64,000 bases of DNA, from contig OZ241833.1 in assembly GCA_965202585.1 (NCBI GenBank), forward strand, positions 34,348,001 through 34,412,000, read 5' to 3'. Each line of letters opens with the position of its first letter. Within the stretch, counting starts at the first letter, position 1. This DNA is from Thalia democratica (Eukaryota). This document shows positions 1 to 12,450 of this stretch, piece by piece. The notes under the pieces were generated by a model that did not search any database, was not told the DNA's origin, and saw nothing but the letters and a program-made list of their open reading frames with translations. Both the position numbers and the translations under genes were made by a program.

Positions 1-1400
1 ACATTCAAACTGCTACTCTTACTTCTCTTGAAAACACTGACTTTGTTAAGTTCTTTCTGTTAAATTAATGTTTTTTTTTTCAGAAATAACTCTGATGCTC
101 CTGATATAAAGAATATTTAATTATTCTAAAGTTAGACTATTCATTATCTTTAATCACATACTTTAAAAAAAAATTAAAAATGCTCATAAATTTTATAACA
201 AATTTTGTTCTATTTCATCGAAGTTGCTACTATTTGAATTATAAAAGACAGCGAGAGAAGTAAAATAAGTTTTCTTAGTTTATCTACTAAGTTTTATAAA
301 TAAATGAAATACCGTTAGTAGAACAATCGTAAACAAACTAAAAGCTTTAATATGTAGAAGTAGCGTATAAATTAAATAACTTAGATTCTTTTTAAAACTA
401 GCGTTAAATTAAAAAATTCCTAACAAAAACTGAATTTCGCAAATAAAATACAAACAGGGTTAAATTTTTGAAATTGCTTAAAAAAAAATTAAACTTTAAT
501 TTATTTATTATACCAAAAATTCCGTTGATATAATAAAAAGAAACTGCAGTAGTAATTAAAGAGGGATACTAGCAATGTGAATAGTTTTAATAGTGTGATT
601 TAAGAATTTAGTAACTGTTTTCTGCACAATAACTTTAAAATGGTTTCGTTTTTGTATATTCCAAAACATATTACACACTTTAATGCAAATGACTCAATAA
701 CTAGTTGTCTTTTCTAATTTAAAATATGAAATTATGAAACGCGAATCGTTATATCGAAATATTTGAACTTGAAATATTTAAGAGTTCGTTTCTACATTTC
801 AAATATTATAATAAAATTAAAAAAGAGTACTAAGTATGTTTTGACAACCAAAATTTAAAAATTATTTATTATTACATTTAGTAGTAAATTACTAAAACTT
901 GTGCTATTTATGCTTTAATACTTACGACATTGTATCATAAAATGATGTAAAATGTGTTGATTAAAAATATCTTTAACTTTAAAATAGTATATATTTTATT
1001 CTTTTAACTGTTTTTACAAACTATACAATGCTTACATTTTATATATTCGATATATTTTGATAAAAATGTTATAGAAAAATAAACTTTATTTATTTCTGTT
1101 TTTTGTTGCAGTGTTGTAAAATTAAACTTAGTCTCGTTAAGTTCGGCGACTCACAATCAACTGTCAATTTAAAAGATAGTTTTCTTTTTATTTTAAAGCT
1201 TAGAAAAAGTAAGTTAATGAAAAGGTTTTACTATTTGAAAATCAATTTCTTAAAATACTTTGTTTGAGAAGTTTAAAATTGTGCAAATAATCATTACAGA
1301 AATAAAAGTTTAGAAAAGTATCAGTATAAACAAACATATGGTAGTATTTATTTGTTGCTGGACTAATTGTTTGTTTATTTATGTTTTTAAAGCTAAAGCT
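1..1400 (+). repeat. Diverged non-coding duplication, copy A (runs off window start); copy B at ~8021-10085
   Basis: Collinear matching blocks, e.g. 1-70 vs 8021-8090 (attcaa.ctgctactctta...ttctgttaaattaatg), ~330-410 vs ~8390-8470, ~600-710 vs ~9205-9310, and gctaaagcta at ~1391 vs ~10067. Confidence 0.8.
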
Positions 1401-2138
1401 AACAAGAATATAACAGTACTATGGTTGAAATTTAAAAGTTTATCTTAACAAAACTTTTTACCAACTTGTAAACGCTGTTACCTGCTGTACATTGTACACA
1501 GGAGTGTTTGTCATTTGATGTTGTTCCAAATATTTGAACTTTCTGAGATTTATCAGTGTTTCTTAAAGTGTAGAAGTGTGCCCAAGAAATACTTACAAGT
1601 TTGCCTGAGTCTACGTTACCCTTTAAAAAACGTAAAAGTATGAGTTTAGATCAGGGTTTCCCAAAGTGGGCGATATCGCCCCCCTGGGGGCGATTTTAGT
1701 AAGTCGGGGGGCGAATTTTAGTTAGGGGGCGAAAGGGTGGGCGATAACTAGTAAGGGGGCGATTTTAAAATTTTTGGCAGTCATAAACCTTTACTTTTTA
1801 TCTTGCTATTTTAACAATTTTAGCTTACTAAAAATATTTGACCCTGAGGTAAAACTTAAACAAAAAAGTTTATTTTGTTTATGTAAAATATAGAAAAAAA
1901 TCAAGTGCTTATGACTTCTACTTGCAAGTAAATTACATGATTTCATTCATGTATTTTCTTATTTAATATTAAATAGATCATAGACGATCGGAATCCCTCT
2001 TACCATTTTATAACCTGATATATTTGGGATCGTAAATGGTTTGTTAATATCTATGTTATCTATTATTAACTATCACCTCGTGGCATTTCAATTGTTTTTT
2101 CGAAAAGTCACTAATTTAGACTAAGAAATAAAACTATT

Positions 2139-2230
2139 CAAGGTGGCTAATTTACCTAAAAACCTGGAAAAACCTAGAATTTGACAATTTAGGCAAAAAA
2201 AGCCTGGAAAATTTTGGATTTTTTAACAAT
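2139..2230 (+). mobile_element. Possible nested hAT-like terminal fragment
   Basis: caaggtggc start followed by acctggaaaa-type subterminal repeats; partner end not found. Confidence 0.35.
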
Positions 2231-2299
2231 TGTAACATATTATGTAGTAAAATTTCGATTTGACACAAAAAAGCTATCATATAGTTAAAAACATGGTTC

Positions 2300-2650
2300 C
2301 TTCGAGGCAGATATTTTAGAAGTAAACGACTTACAGGAAACCTTCTCAGACTTACAAACTGACCTTAAACTTAAAGTAAATTATTCCTAAGAACATTATC
2401 AAAGCTTTTGGACTCAACAAAAACTAAGGCATAAGTATTTCCAAACATTTGAGAAAAAATTAGATTGTTGTTTATAGCTTTTCCTTCTAGCTATGTTGTT
2501 GAGAAAGCGTGCATTTCAATTATCACATTTTGAGCAAAAGATCTAATCTAGATATTTGTAAATGAGGTGACTTGAGGCTTTACTTTACTGATTAAGAATT
2601 AGATATAGAAAAAAAAGCAAGTATTCATGAACCTAATCCTTCACATTATA
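2300..2650 (+). pseudogene. Degraded hAT transposase C-terminus (dimerisation domain)
   Basis: Manual translation across stops and frameshifts: FEADILEVNDLQETFSDLQ...YQSFWTQQ...LLFIAFPSSYVVEKA...RSNLDICK*GDLRLYF...HEPNPSH. This matches the F-P-S/T-S/T-Y-x-x-E-x-x-F-S and terminal H-x-x-x-P-S-H pattern of Charlie/Buster transposases. Confidence 0.8.
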
Positions 2651-2829
2651 TTAGACTTCAGTAGCAGACATTATTTTATGAAAGTTTTTTTTTTGTTTTA
2701 ATTGATATTTTAAAACATTTCTTATTTAACCTTGTTTGTATTGTGTTTAAGTAGTCTTTTTATAACAACAATTTTTTTAAGTTATTTACTCTACAACAGG
2801 TTTGCATAATGCCTAATTTATATTAATTA

Positions 2830-3140
2830 CGGTAGACTTCCTCTTGAGTTCGCACTTTTTACCCAAAAAAAGTGCAAACTTATATTTTCTTAAATTTAAC
2901 TTTAATAAAGTCTATTACTAACTAAGTATTAACAAAAAATATATAAGACTTTATAGCTTATATAGATCTATTTTTTTAATGAATGTTTGTTTTTTGTTTT
3001 AGTGGATCTTATATTTATCAATTAGATTATTGCATATAAAATATTGAAATTTGTCATTTTGTAAAAAAAAATGATAATAAGTTTTTGAGTTCGCACTTTT
3101 TAATTTTGTTCAAAGTGCGAACTCAAGCAGAAGTCCACTG
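2830..3140. mobile_element. Tc1/mariner(pogo)-type MITE nested in the hAT element
   Basis: ~29-bp imperfect TIRs CGGTAGACTTCCTCTTGAGTTCGCACTTT / AAAGTGCGAACTCAAGCAGAAGTCCACTG, flanked by TA on both sides; subterminal GCACTTT...AAAGTGC hairpins. Confidence 0.88.
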
Positions 3141-6100
3141 TATTTATTAAATGCTTATTGTTTTAAAGTTGTTAATAGTTTTATTTTGAACTAGTAAATT
3201 TGTTGTTTTACATTATAATAAAAGTTTTTATAGCACAGTGATTAATTTATTTGTTTGAAAGACATTTATTTGACATTTTTTTTATTACTTGTTTGATCTG
3301 TATAATTAAAAACATATTGATAATGATTTAAGATTTTATTTCAAAAAAAAAATTTTTTTGGTTTTAAAAGAGTATAGATTTGGGATATCTATTTGAAATG
3401 ACTGAAAATTTCTCATTTAAAAGATTCTTAAACAATTTATTTTGTCTTACTTGATTTATTATTTAAAAAATATATATATACTAAGAAATTTAAGCTGTTA
3501 ATATAACTGGTTTTTGTTTTACCTTTAGTTGAAATATATTAGCAATTAGGATGTGTTGTTTATTTTAATAGTTCGTAATTAGGCTAACAGCTAAAAAAAA
3601 AAACTTTTAAAAAGAATTAAATAAGCCATTAAAAAGACTGATACAGTTACAAAAAAAATTATTTTTAATTAATTAAAAGTTTTTTTTTATTATTAAATTT
3701 CTGTTTACAGAAATAACAGTAAAACATATATTTTTTTTTAATTTAAAATAATAAAAAAATCTTAGAATTAAGGTTTAGTTTCCTAAATGGTTATTCGAAG
3801 TCAAATACTAATTCATGGTATTCTACTACGAAATATACAGTATAAAATATTTTAAATTGATTTTTTAATTTTACAACTAACTTGATTATTATATATCTTA
3901 GCATTAAAGTTAATAATTTTACTGCATTAACTACAGCTGTTAATGAAACAACAATTCATGTGAGAAAATCAACCAGTCGGTCAAATTTTCTCAAACTAGA
4001 TCAGAAATTATATTTTAATATTTATTTCATAATGCGTAAAAAAAAACTGTTCATTATCTTATAGTTTTTTAAACTCTGGTATAGTAATTTGAGAATATTC
4101 TATTTATAAAATAATTTAAGTGTGTGTGCGACTTGAACAAGTTACTAAGTATTAAGTTCTAAATATCCGAAGTTCGTTATATGACACATTATTTCAGTCA
4201 TGTCAGGTTTCAGTTAAGATTTCAGGTGGGCAATGTACGGTTCAGATCCAGTCAATTTTTGACCCCCTAAGTAACTTGAAAACTACGTGTGCAAAATGAA
4301 TAAAATTTGTTTTTTGATACTTAATATTTTAAAATACGCTTTCAAATTGATTTTCAGTTCACAATAGTATTTCCTAGATCACAGTAATACTAAACCATTT
4401 TATTACAATCTACTCAAATTTTTTTATTTTCTTATATGTTATTCTTTTTAAATTATGCAGCCCGCAATTAAATTTCTTTAACGATTTGAACCTAGAAAAT
4501 ATTTTCTAATAAATATGAATTGCTGACTACAAAAGTTGTCCACCACTGACTTAGAAGTTTCCAAACAATTCATATTTAAACAGGATTGAATACAGATTAC
4601 CGAAGGCTTTTTAATAATTAAGTAATTTAACACTTTACCGGGCTTATAAAATATCAACTGTAATTTATATACTCAAGCGTTGTAAACTAATTTGAACATA
4701 GCTTAAAAGTAAGTGAATAAGAAGTACCAGACTAAATAACATTTCGAACACAACATTTTTGGCTCAAAAGTTTGTACTCAAATGAAAACCTACTTTGTAA
4801 AATCGTTGGGGGTGATTTTATTTTTAATTTCTGAAAAGGGGGCGATTTAATAAATGAGTTTGGGAAACCTTAGTTTAGATTGTTCAATAAAATATTTTTT
4901 AATAAAATTTCACCATAGATAAAAGGCTAGTTTCCGCTTCTTAATAAGTTTTCAAATACTGAATTTCAACAACTAAAGGCTGTAATAACATTTATGAATT
5001 TAAAGATAACGTTTACAACTTATGAATACTGAACAATGTAAAATTAAGTTTTATGTTTTCGTTACACTATCGCATCAAATTAATTTTGCAATTTATTAGA
5101 CTCTACTTGTTTTTTTATTTTTTTGAGCAATATAGTAAACATTGTTTGAAGTTACGCATTTATTAAAGTTACAGTTATTAAACATAGCAAACTTTATTTA
5201 CTTTAAGAATTTTATTGTTACGACTATAACGGAAAATTTAATTAAAAAATTGCTAATTTTCAACAACATACTTGCATACCTTTTAGCGTAATAGTTTGTT
5301 TTTAATATCTTATGATTTCTGATATTTACTATAATTTCCTTACATTAAAAATTAATTTCAAACTAACTAGTATTTATATAAATTAGAAATTTATATCAGT
5401 CGGAATAGACTAAAATTTTCTTTATTTCAGCATACAACGTAATTTTTGATACATATACTATAAAAATACTTAAAAATTTAGAAATTAATTTAACGCAACA
5501 GTTTTCATAATACCAATGAAGTTTTGTTGTACACTTAAGGCCCTGAAATGGAAGTATGATAATAGTTACATGGTTAAGGTCTTTTATTTTGATACAATAC
5601 AGAAACAACTTTGACAAATTTTGCACTGGTTAAAAATAAAATAAACTTTAATGCGTTATGAGTTAAGGTAAGCATTTAAATGTGTTTAAAATTTTAGAAA
5701 CGTTGAATTAATTAGCCTAGCATTTTCAGTATATTTAATTCGATCTTATTATTTAGAAGTATAAAATTGTTTTCTATGCGAACAAGTAAACTTTTTTACA
5801 GACTTTAAATTTACAATGTATACAAATTGATGGCTATTCTAAATTTTGAGTATCGTTCACACTATTTATATACAAATTGGTGAGGTTAATCATATTTTTA
5901 TAGATTTCTTAGAGACATATGACTTCAAGTTAAAATTATTAAAAAGTAAATATTGTATTTTATATTTTGAATTATCTAAATAGTTGTACAGAAGTATATT
6001 TATTTTTAGTATAACTATATACAAAGGTGCTCATTGAAATTTTATTGAATTTAATGGTAATAATTGTTTAAACAACCGAAAGACCTTTCGTACACCATGT

Positions 6101-6292
6101 AGTTTCAATAAGGACCACAGTTACACTTCTTTAAAATAATTAATTATTTAATTTTGTATAAGTAAAATCTAGTTTGTTTTAATTTGGTAACGATAATACA
6201 TAGTTTCTATGGAAAAGTTTATTGCTATGCAGATAATAAACATTGTGCAATACGACAGGAAATTAGCGAAAACAGCTACAAATTACACTATT

Positions 6293-6895
6293 TTACCAAA
6301 ACACGTGTCTACAAAGGGGGCATGTGCTGTGGCCATCAAACCATCCTTCAATGCAAACTTGACAAAATGTGTGGCAGCCATCGCAGTCGAGACGCGTCAT
6401 GTTTCTTCCAACTTCAACATCCTCCATGCATATCGCACACCGATCACCAACATGTGACTCGTCAGCTGTGAATCGAAAAAACCTTTGGGTTATTGCCTGT
6501 GTCCGGAGAATACGTATTTGCTCTTTGCTCAACGCTATTTTCTGCTGGAGTATTTCGATAGCTTCGAACATTCTTTCTTGATGTTTTTCAATTTCTTTCT
6601 TTTTGAATCTTAGTTTCTTTATTTCAAGTTGTAAATTTTTAATTCTTTTTGTGGACTCATCATTTAAAAATGTGCAATTATAAAAATTATCCTTAATTTT
6701 GTCAATTTCATCCTGGTATTTCTTGATTAACACATTGTGCTTTTCTATTGAGTCATTGACTGCGTTTTGACTTAGGTCTTTAAAAATCGTTATCTCATTT
6801 TCAACATCCTGCAATTGAGACAACTCACTGGCTGCATGCACTTCATTTATCCAAATCTGGTAGCCTTCTAAGAAGCTTTGAAACTTTTGTTGCAT
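6293..6895 (-). CDS. Coiled-coil + C-terminal RING finger (C3HC4-type) protein, probable E3 ubiquitin ligase
   Basis: 200-aa ORF; CAIC-x14-C-x3-H-x2-C-x2-C...W...CPLC; heptad-rich E/K/Q N-terminal half; AATAAA ~70 nt past the stop (minus strand, ~6219-6224). 5' end uncertain (see findings). Confidence 0.88.
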   Translation of the reverse strand: MQQKFQSFLEGYQIWINEVHAASELSQLQDVENEITIFKDLSQNAVNDSIEKHNVLIKKYQDEIDKIKDNFYNCTFLNDESTKRIKNLQLEIKKLRFKKKEIEKHQERMFEAIEILQQKIALSKEQIRILRTQAITQRFFRFTADESHVGDRCAICMEDVEVGRNMTRLDCDGCHTFCQVCIEGWFDGHSTCPLCRHVFW

Positions 6896-8020
6896 ATTTT
6901 CTACCCATACCTCACATTCCGAGTCATAGTTTGCCTGTTTATTTTAAAGTTTACTTCTCATGAAAAAATTAGTTGTAAATAATACGTATTTCTAGTTTTA
7001 TGGCCTTAAACATAAGGTGCTTATATATTGCGAGTTCTCTAACAAAATACTTTTATAAAACAATTGTAAATTTAATACTTTTACTCTTAGGCAGTTTTAT
7101 CTATGGTGATAAAAACATTATCACCTTTATAACATTATCATTTAAACTGTAAAGTGTTCAAAAAAAAGTTACATAGTTACCTCTGATACTTCATCAATCT
7201 CGAAGTTGTTTGATTGAGAATTTTCCATTTTTAGTTTAAGTATTTCGTTTTTTAGCCTAGACAGATTTAATAGAATGTATAGTTTTTGTTTAGATATTCT
7301 AGTTAACACAGAACTTATAAGTAACTGTAATATAAGCTGTAAATTTTGTTACAAAGTTGATGATTAACAGTATTAGTAAACTATGGATACTTTTTTTTTT
7401 AATTTGGTATGAACACAATATACTAAATGATCAACAAAAAACTATAGTGAAGATAACACTAATTGATTAGAAATAGTCTTTGAAAGGTATTTATGCAATT
7501 TTTAAAGAAGAACAAACTTAAAGAATACTATGTAAAATAGTATGTAGATGAAATACTGTGAAAAAGTTATTTTTTTATTGGTTTAGTTTCAAAAAAGTTA
7601 TTAAATTAAGACTGTTAAATGTATTATTTACTCGAAAAAAATTAACTAGCTCTGATTAGTTTGTATTATACTTTTTACTTATATAATATTTTTATTAATA
7701 CTTTAAGTCTTAGAAGAATAACTTAAGTAAGATTCTAAATTTCTGTATTGAATAGAGATTTTATCAATAGAAAAAAAGTTATATTTTAATCAAAGCTAAA
7801 TATTTCCTAACAATATTTAGTAAAACTGTTTAGTAGATAAATAAAGTTTTGCTGAAAATATGTTTAACTCCATTAAATTTAATAAAAAATAGTCGACAGA
7901 TGTTATTGAAATTAAAATATTGAACTACTATGTTTCTAAATATTATAGAACTTCATAAAACCGTTTTTAATCATCAGGGCGACTTTTGTTTATAACTTTT
8001 ATTCTATAAACAATAGTTTT

Positions 8021-10085
8021 ATATTCAAGCTGCTACTCTTAGTACTCTTGAAACACTGACCTTACCAAATGCTTTCTGTTAAATTAATGCTTTAATATCG
8101 AAATAATTCTGATGCTCCTAATTAGTTCAACTAAAAGTAAAATAATTAAAAGAAAACTTAAATGGATCTGATTATTATAAAGTTGAACTAATTATGAGCT
8201 GTAATCAGTCATATTTAAAAAGACTTTTAAAAATACTCACAACTTTATAGTAAATTTTTAAATACTTCATCAATGCTACTACTATTTGAATTAAAAAGGT
8301 AGCATAACGTCTAATAAGTTTTTTTTTGTTTATTTATAAGTTTGTATAAATAAATAAAATACTGTTGGTAGAGCTTGATTATCAAAACTGTCGAAAACAA
8401 ATTAAAACCTTTAATATGTAGAAGTACGATATAAATGTAAGAATTTAGATTAATTTTAAAACTAGCTTTAATGTAAAAAAAAATTGAATAATAACTGAGT
8501 TCGCACATAGCTTCAAAGAGGCTTATTTTTTAGAATCACCGAAAATAAAATTAAACTTTTATTTTTATTTCAAATTCATAATATCTGTTGGTTTATTTTT
8601 CTAAAAAAAGCTTACAAAAAAAACCAATTAAATTAAAAATTCATGTTGATTTATTTTTGTGAAAAACATAGATTATTTATTATAAAGGGAGGTCAGCATT
8701 GTGAATAGTTAGGTTTTATGATTTTGTAACTGAATTCTGCAGAAAAAACTTTTAAATACAGTATCCTGCTAACCAGGTACGCACTTCCTAGGTACTCCCT
8801 GCCACTATGTTACGCACTTTCCTAGTACTGAATGACGCTGTGTTTAAATTGCAGTTTCGTTTTACTTTTAAAATGAAAAGAAAAACAAACAAACATTAAA
8901 GTAGTGATATAAAACCATTGAGTTTTACAATAAACCATACTGCATTAAGTTTTAATAAACTAAAACTAAAAGAACCTGAAAATAAGTTATGAACTTAAAA
9001 ATTGTATATCAAATTAAATATTTAAAACACTCATATTACTGTTTATTTGTTTAACGTTATATTACAGTTTGATTATACATTTTAACTTAATCCATGAAAA
9101 CAAAATTTGAACTTTGATTTATTGAATTAAACTTATTACATCTGTTGGTTTATTTTTCTATAAATATTACAAAGGGAGAATAGTGACTGTGGATAGTTAA
9201 ATTTTAGGATTTAGTAACTGTTTTCCGCACTAAGAACTTTTAAGTAGTTTTCGTTTTTGTATCTTCGAAAACATATTACAAACTTCTAACTTAAATGACT
9301 CAATAACTGATTATTTATTTAAATTAAAAAGATAAAGTATCGATACGCGAATAATTATTCAAGATGTATAAATTTAAAATTTTAAAAAAATTATGTCTAC
9401 ATATATTTAACAAAACTAATATGAGTACCAAGTATGTTTTTATAACATAGTTTTAAAGTTCTTATATACAAAAATCTTATACAAAATAAATACATTTTTA
9501 TTAACTAACAAATTACTCAAACTTATGATGTTTATGGTTTAATGAATTACCCATACACTAGACATAATTTCATAAAATGATGTAAAATAAACTGATAAAA
9601 AATTTCTTTTTACAATAAAATGCTATGTTTGTAATATTTTTGCCAATTGTACAAACTATACAATACTCACAGACTTCACATTTCATTTTGTCAGGTTTAT
9701 TTTGATAGAAATATTTTAGAATTTCTTATTTATCTATTTACTACTTCTGTTGCAATGTTCTAACATTAAACTTACTTTCGTTATGTATTGCTTACGATAA
9801 AATGTCAATTGTTTAAATTGTTTTTGCTTAGTTTTTTAATTGACAGTATAGAATAAAAAAACAACAGTGAATTAGTTAAAAAGTTATACTATTATGACAT
9901 CAATTTCTAAAAAATTGTGTTAGAAAATTTCTTATTCGTGCAGATAATAACTATAAAACTTGTACAAATGTTAAGCAAAGACAAAAGTATAAATAAACAT
10001 CTACTAATACTATTTTTACTAAGCTTTTAATTAACTATTTAATTATCATTTTTTAAATTTTTTGAAGCTAAAGCTAAAATTGACA
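8021..10085 (+). repeat. Diverged non-coding duplication, copy B (contains a local re-duplication and a MITE fragment)
   Basis: Homologous to 1-1400; ~8560-8750 is re-duplicated at ~9125-9240 around an insertion starting at 8759. Confidence 0.75.
8759..8830 (+). mobile_element. Single terminus of a Tc1/mariner-type MITE (same family as 59189-59841)
   Basis: TA|CAGTATCCTGCTAACCAGGTACGCACTT resembles TA|CAGTAATCTGCCGCTTAGGTACGCACTT at 59189; partner end not seen. Confidence 0.55.
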
Positions 10086-11777
10086 TAATTAATTTAGAAA
10101 TTCAGTGTTGAAGTTTTTTAGTACAAGTTAGTTGTAACTAGTTTATTGTTGATTTAATATTTCAAAAATGTAGGTCTTTACTTTTTAGAAGGAAAACAAA
10201 TATACTGTGTGTTATTCAAAAGATTTTTGGCAAGCTAAGCTTTGCTAAAAAACCTCGTCAGTGCTTTAAATAAACTAAAAATTCTATTATGAATGGAAAA
10301 AACTATTACAACACTTAATCTGAATGCAATGTCTTTTTAAACACTTTATGTTTAACTTATGAAATATTTTTTTAGTATATCAATGCTGTTTTCGTTTGTT
10401 CTTATTAACACTTTTGATCAAATTGTTGCTTTAGCTTTTTTTTTTCAATAAGAAAACTTTTTACATAAACCAATTAATAGAACTATAATGTTTAAAAAAA
10501 GGGCTTAAAACAGCTTCAAACTAGGTTTTTAGTTAGGGGAATTTTAAATAATAACAATCTTTCCGCACTTATTACTTTTTACCATTGTTTTTGAATAAAG
10601 CAATATCTCGAATTCACTTAATATTTTAGAAATAATTGATCACTTGGAAACAGATGTTTATTGAAAAACAGTCTATCATCAATCGATCATAAAATATTTA
10701 AAAAATTACTTTATTAAGTAGAATGTATTCCAAACTTTTAAAATATATTTTACGAGCTTAAATAAAACATAAATGTGTTTTGAGTTTTGCTTTAAACTAA
10801 CATAACACTTGTGTTAACTTAAAATGCCTAGATTGAAAAAATAAAGCAAATACGTTTTATTTTATTTTAGTAGTCACGATTGTAAGTATTTTTAAACCAA
10901 GTGACCTTTGTCTCAAATATCATTTCCTTTGAGATACTTTATGTATTTAAAAAGTAACAAGAACCAGTTGTTTACTCAAAATATTCAGTAACTGAATAAT
11001 GATGATTTACAAACTTGTGTAAGTTTATAGATTACTTTTGTTTAAATGCTTTCGATTTCTCATAAAAATAAAGTTTTCTCCGAATAAAAAATAAGTTTCG
11101 TATATTTTATAACGTGAAGTATGATTTATTGCTTTTCGATAGTAGAAACTTTATTTTGTTCTTTTCCTGAAAACGTTTATATTTGAAAACATATTGAAGA
11201 GATATTGTTTAATAGAGATATTGTTTAATAGAAAGATATAGTAAATACTTTGGTTTCGTTCCTAATTTATATATAAGTAGTTATCATAAGTAGCTGAGTT
11301 CATAAGTAGAAAACGTATTTTACAAACTAAAACCTATCATTTAAAGTTTAGAATTTGCAAACGTAGTAATAAAGCAAATATAATACAAAAACTTGTACAA
11401 CAACTAAAAAACTTTCCGTTTGTATAATTTTTTGATTTTTTTAAGATCAAAGTGAAACGTTAGTTATGGTAGTTTCTAGTACAGCATAATACTTGAATTT
11501 TTTTTGTAAAACTTTATTGTTTGCTAGTCAATCAAAAAATTAAAGTATTGAAAAAAAAAACTTCCATGCTAGATTTATATTAACTTATCTGAATTTGTCA
11601 GATTCGATATTCGAAGTGTAAAGTAATCGTAACTTTTGAAAAAACTGTTAAGCTTCCTCTTGTTTTCTAAAAGATAAAATGGCCTTTGAAAGAATTGCTA
11701 AAGCAAAAATATAAATTTTGGCTGTGTTAACATGCATTTGATTATGCTAGTCGTTTAAAAATAGATAAAACTTTAAA

Positions 11778-12109
11778 TAGGGGTGTGCAGCCTTTTGTAA
11801 GTCGAGAGCTGACTTTCTTAGAAAAACATGCTCGCTGGCCGCACTGTATAAAAAAGGTCTTCTGCGGGCCGAATTTACTTAAAGTTTTATAGTAATCAAC
11901 ATAAAATATCTATATTCAACCAAAATTGTGATTTAATTAGCAATAGTAGAGTAGCTATTGAATTAAGAGCCTAGTTGTAATCTTTACCACAAAAATTTTT
12001 CAATTAATGTTTTGAAAAGGTAAATTTTGATCTAAAAGTACCTAGCGGGTCGCATACTTTGGCTTAGTGGGCCGCATTTGGCTTGCGGGCCGGAGTTTTC
12101 CTACCCCTG
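11778..12109. mobile_element. hAT-type MITE
   Basis: Ends TAGGGGTG.../...ACCCCTG; GCGGGCCG(CA) subterminal motifs; both flanks contain ctttaaa (imperfect TSD). Confidence 0.72.
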
Positions 12110-12280
12110 CTTTAAAATACAAATACAAACAGGTTGTTTTTAAGAAACAATGCTGTTTATCATGCCTACCTTTATTATCTTTTGTGATGCTTATTAGTTC
12201 TAAAATAACGCATTTATAAGAATTAAACTTTGTTTAAGGAGCTACGTTAATATTATTATAAGTAAACAACTAGTTTGAAA

Positions 12281-12450
12281 CAGGGTTCTACAAAATGGAC
12301 AATATCGCCCACAACTCTATTTTGGCTTCCAGGGGGCGTTATTTAGTACGGCGGCAAAAAATTAAATGGGTAATTAGCTATTAAATGGGCGATTGTTTAT
12401 TTAAACTTCTGCTCAGGAGGCGTTTGTGAAAACGAGTTTAAATAACAATA
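12281..12450 (+). mobile_element. Degenerate short relative of the 1652-4872 hAT family
   Basis: cagggttctacaaaatggacaatatcgccc resembles cagggtttcccaaagtgggcgatatcgccc; gggggcg motifs; right end decayed. Confidence 0.5.

Larger units (their letters stand above)
1652..4872 (+). mobile_element. Non-autonomous hAT (Charlie/Buster-type) DNA transposon with nested insertions
   Basis: Left TIR CAGGGTTTCCCAAA at 1652; right TIR tttgggaaacctta ending 4872; perfect 8-bp TSD GTTTAGAT (1644-1651 and 4873-4880); GGGGGCGA subterminal repeats at both ends; internal transposase remnant. Confidence 0.92.
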
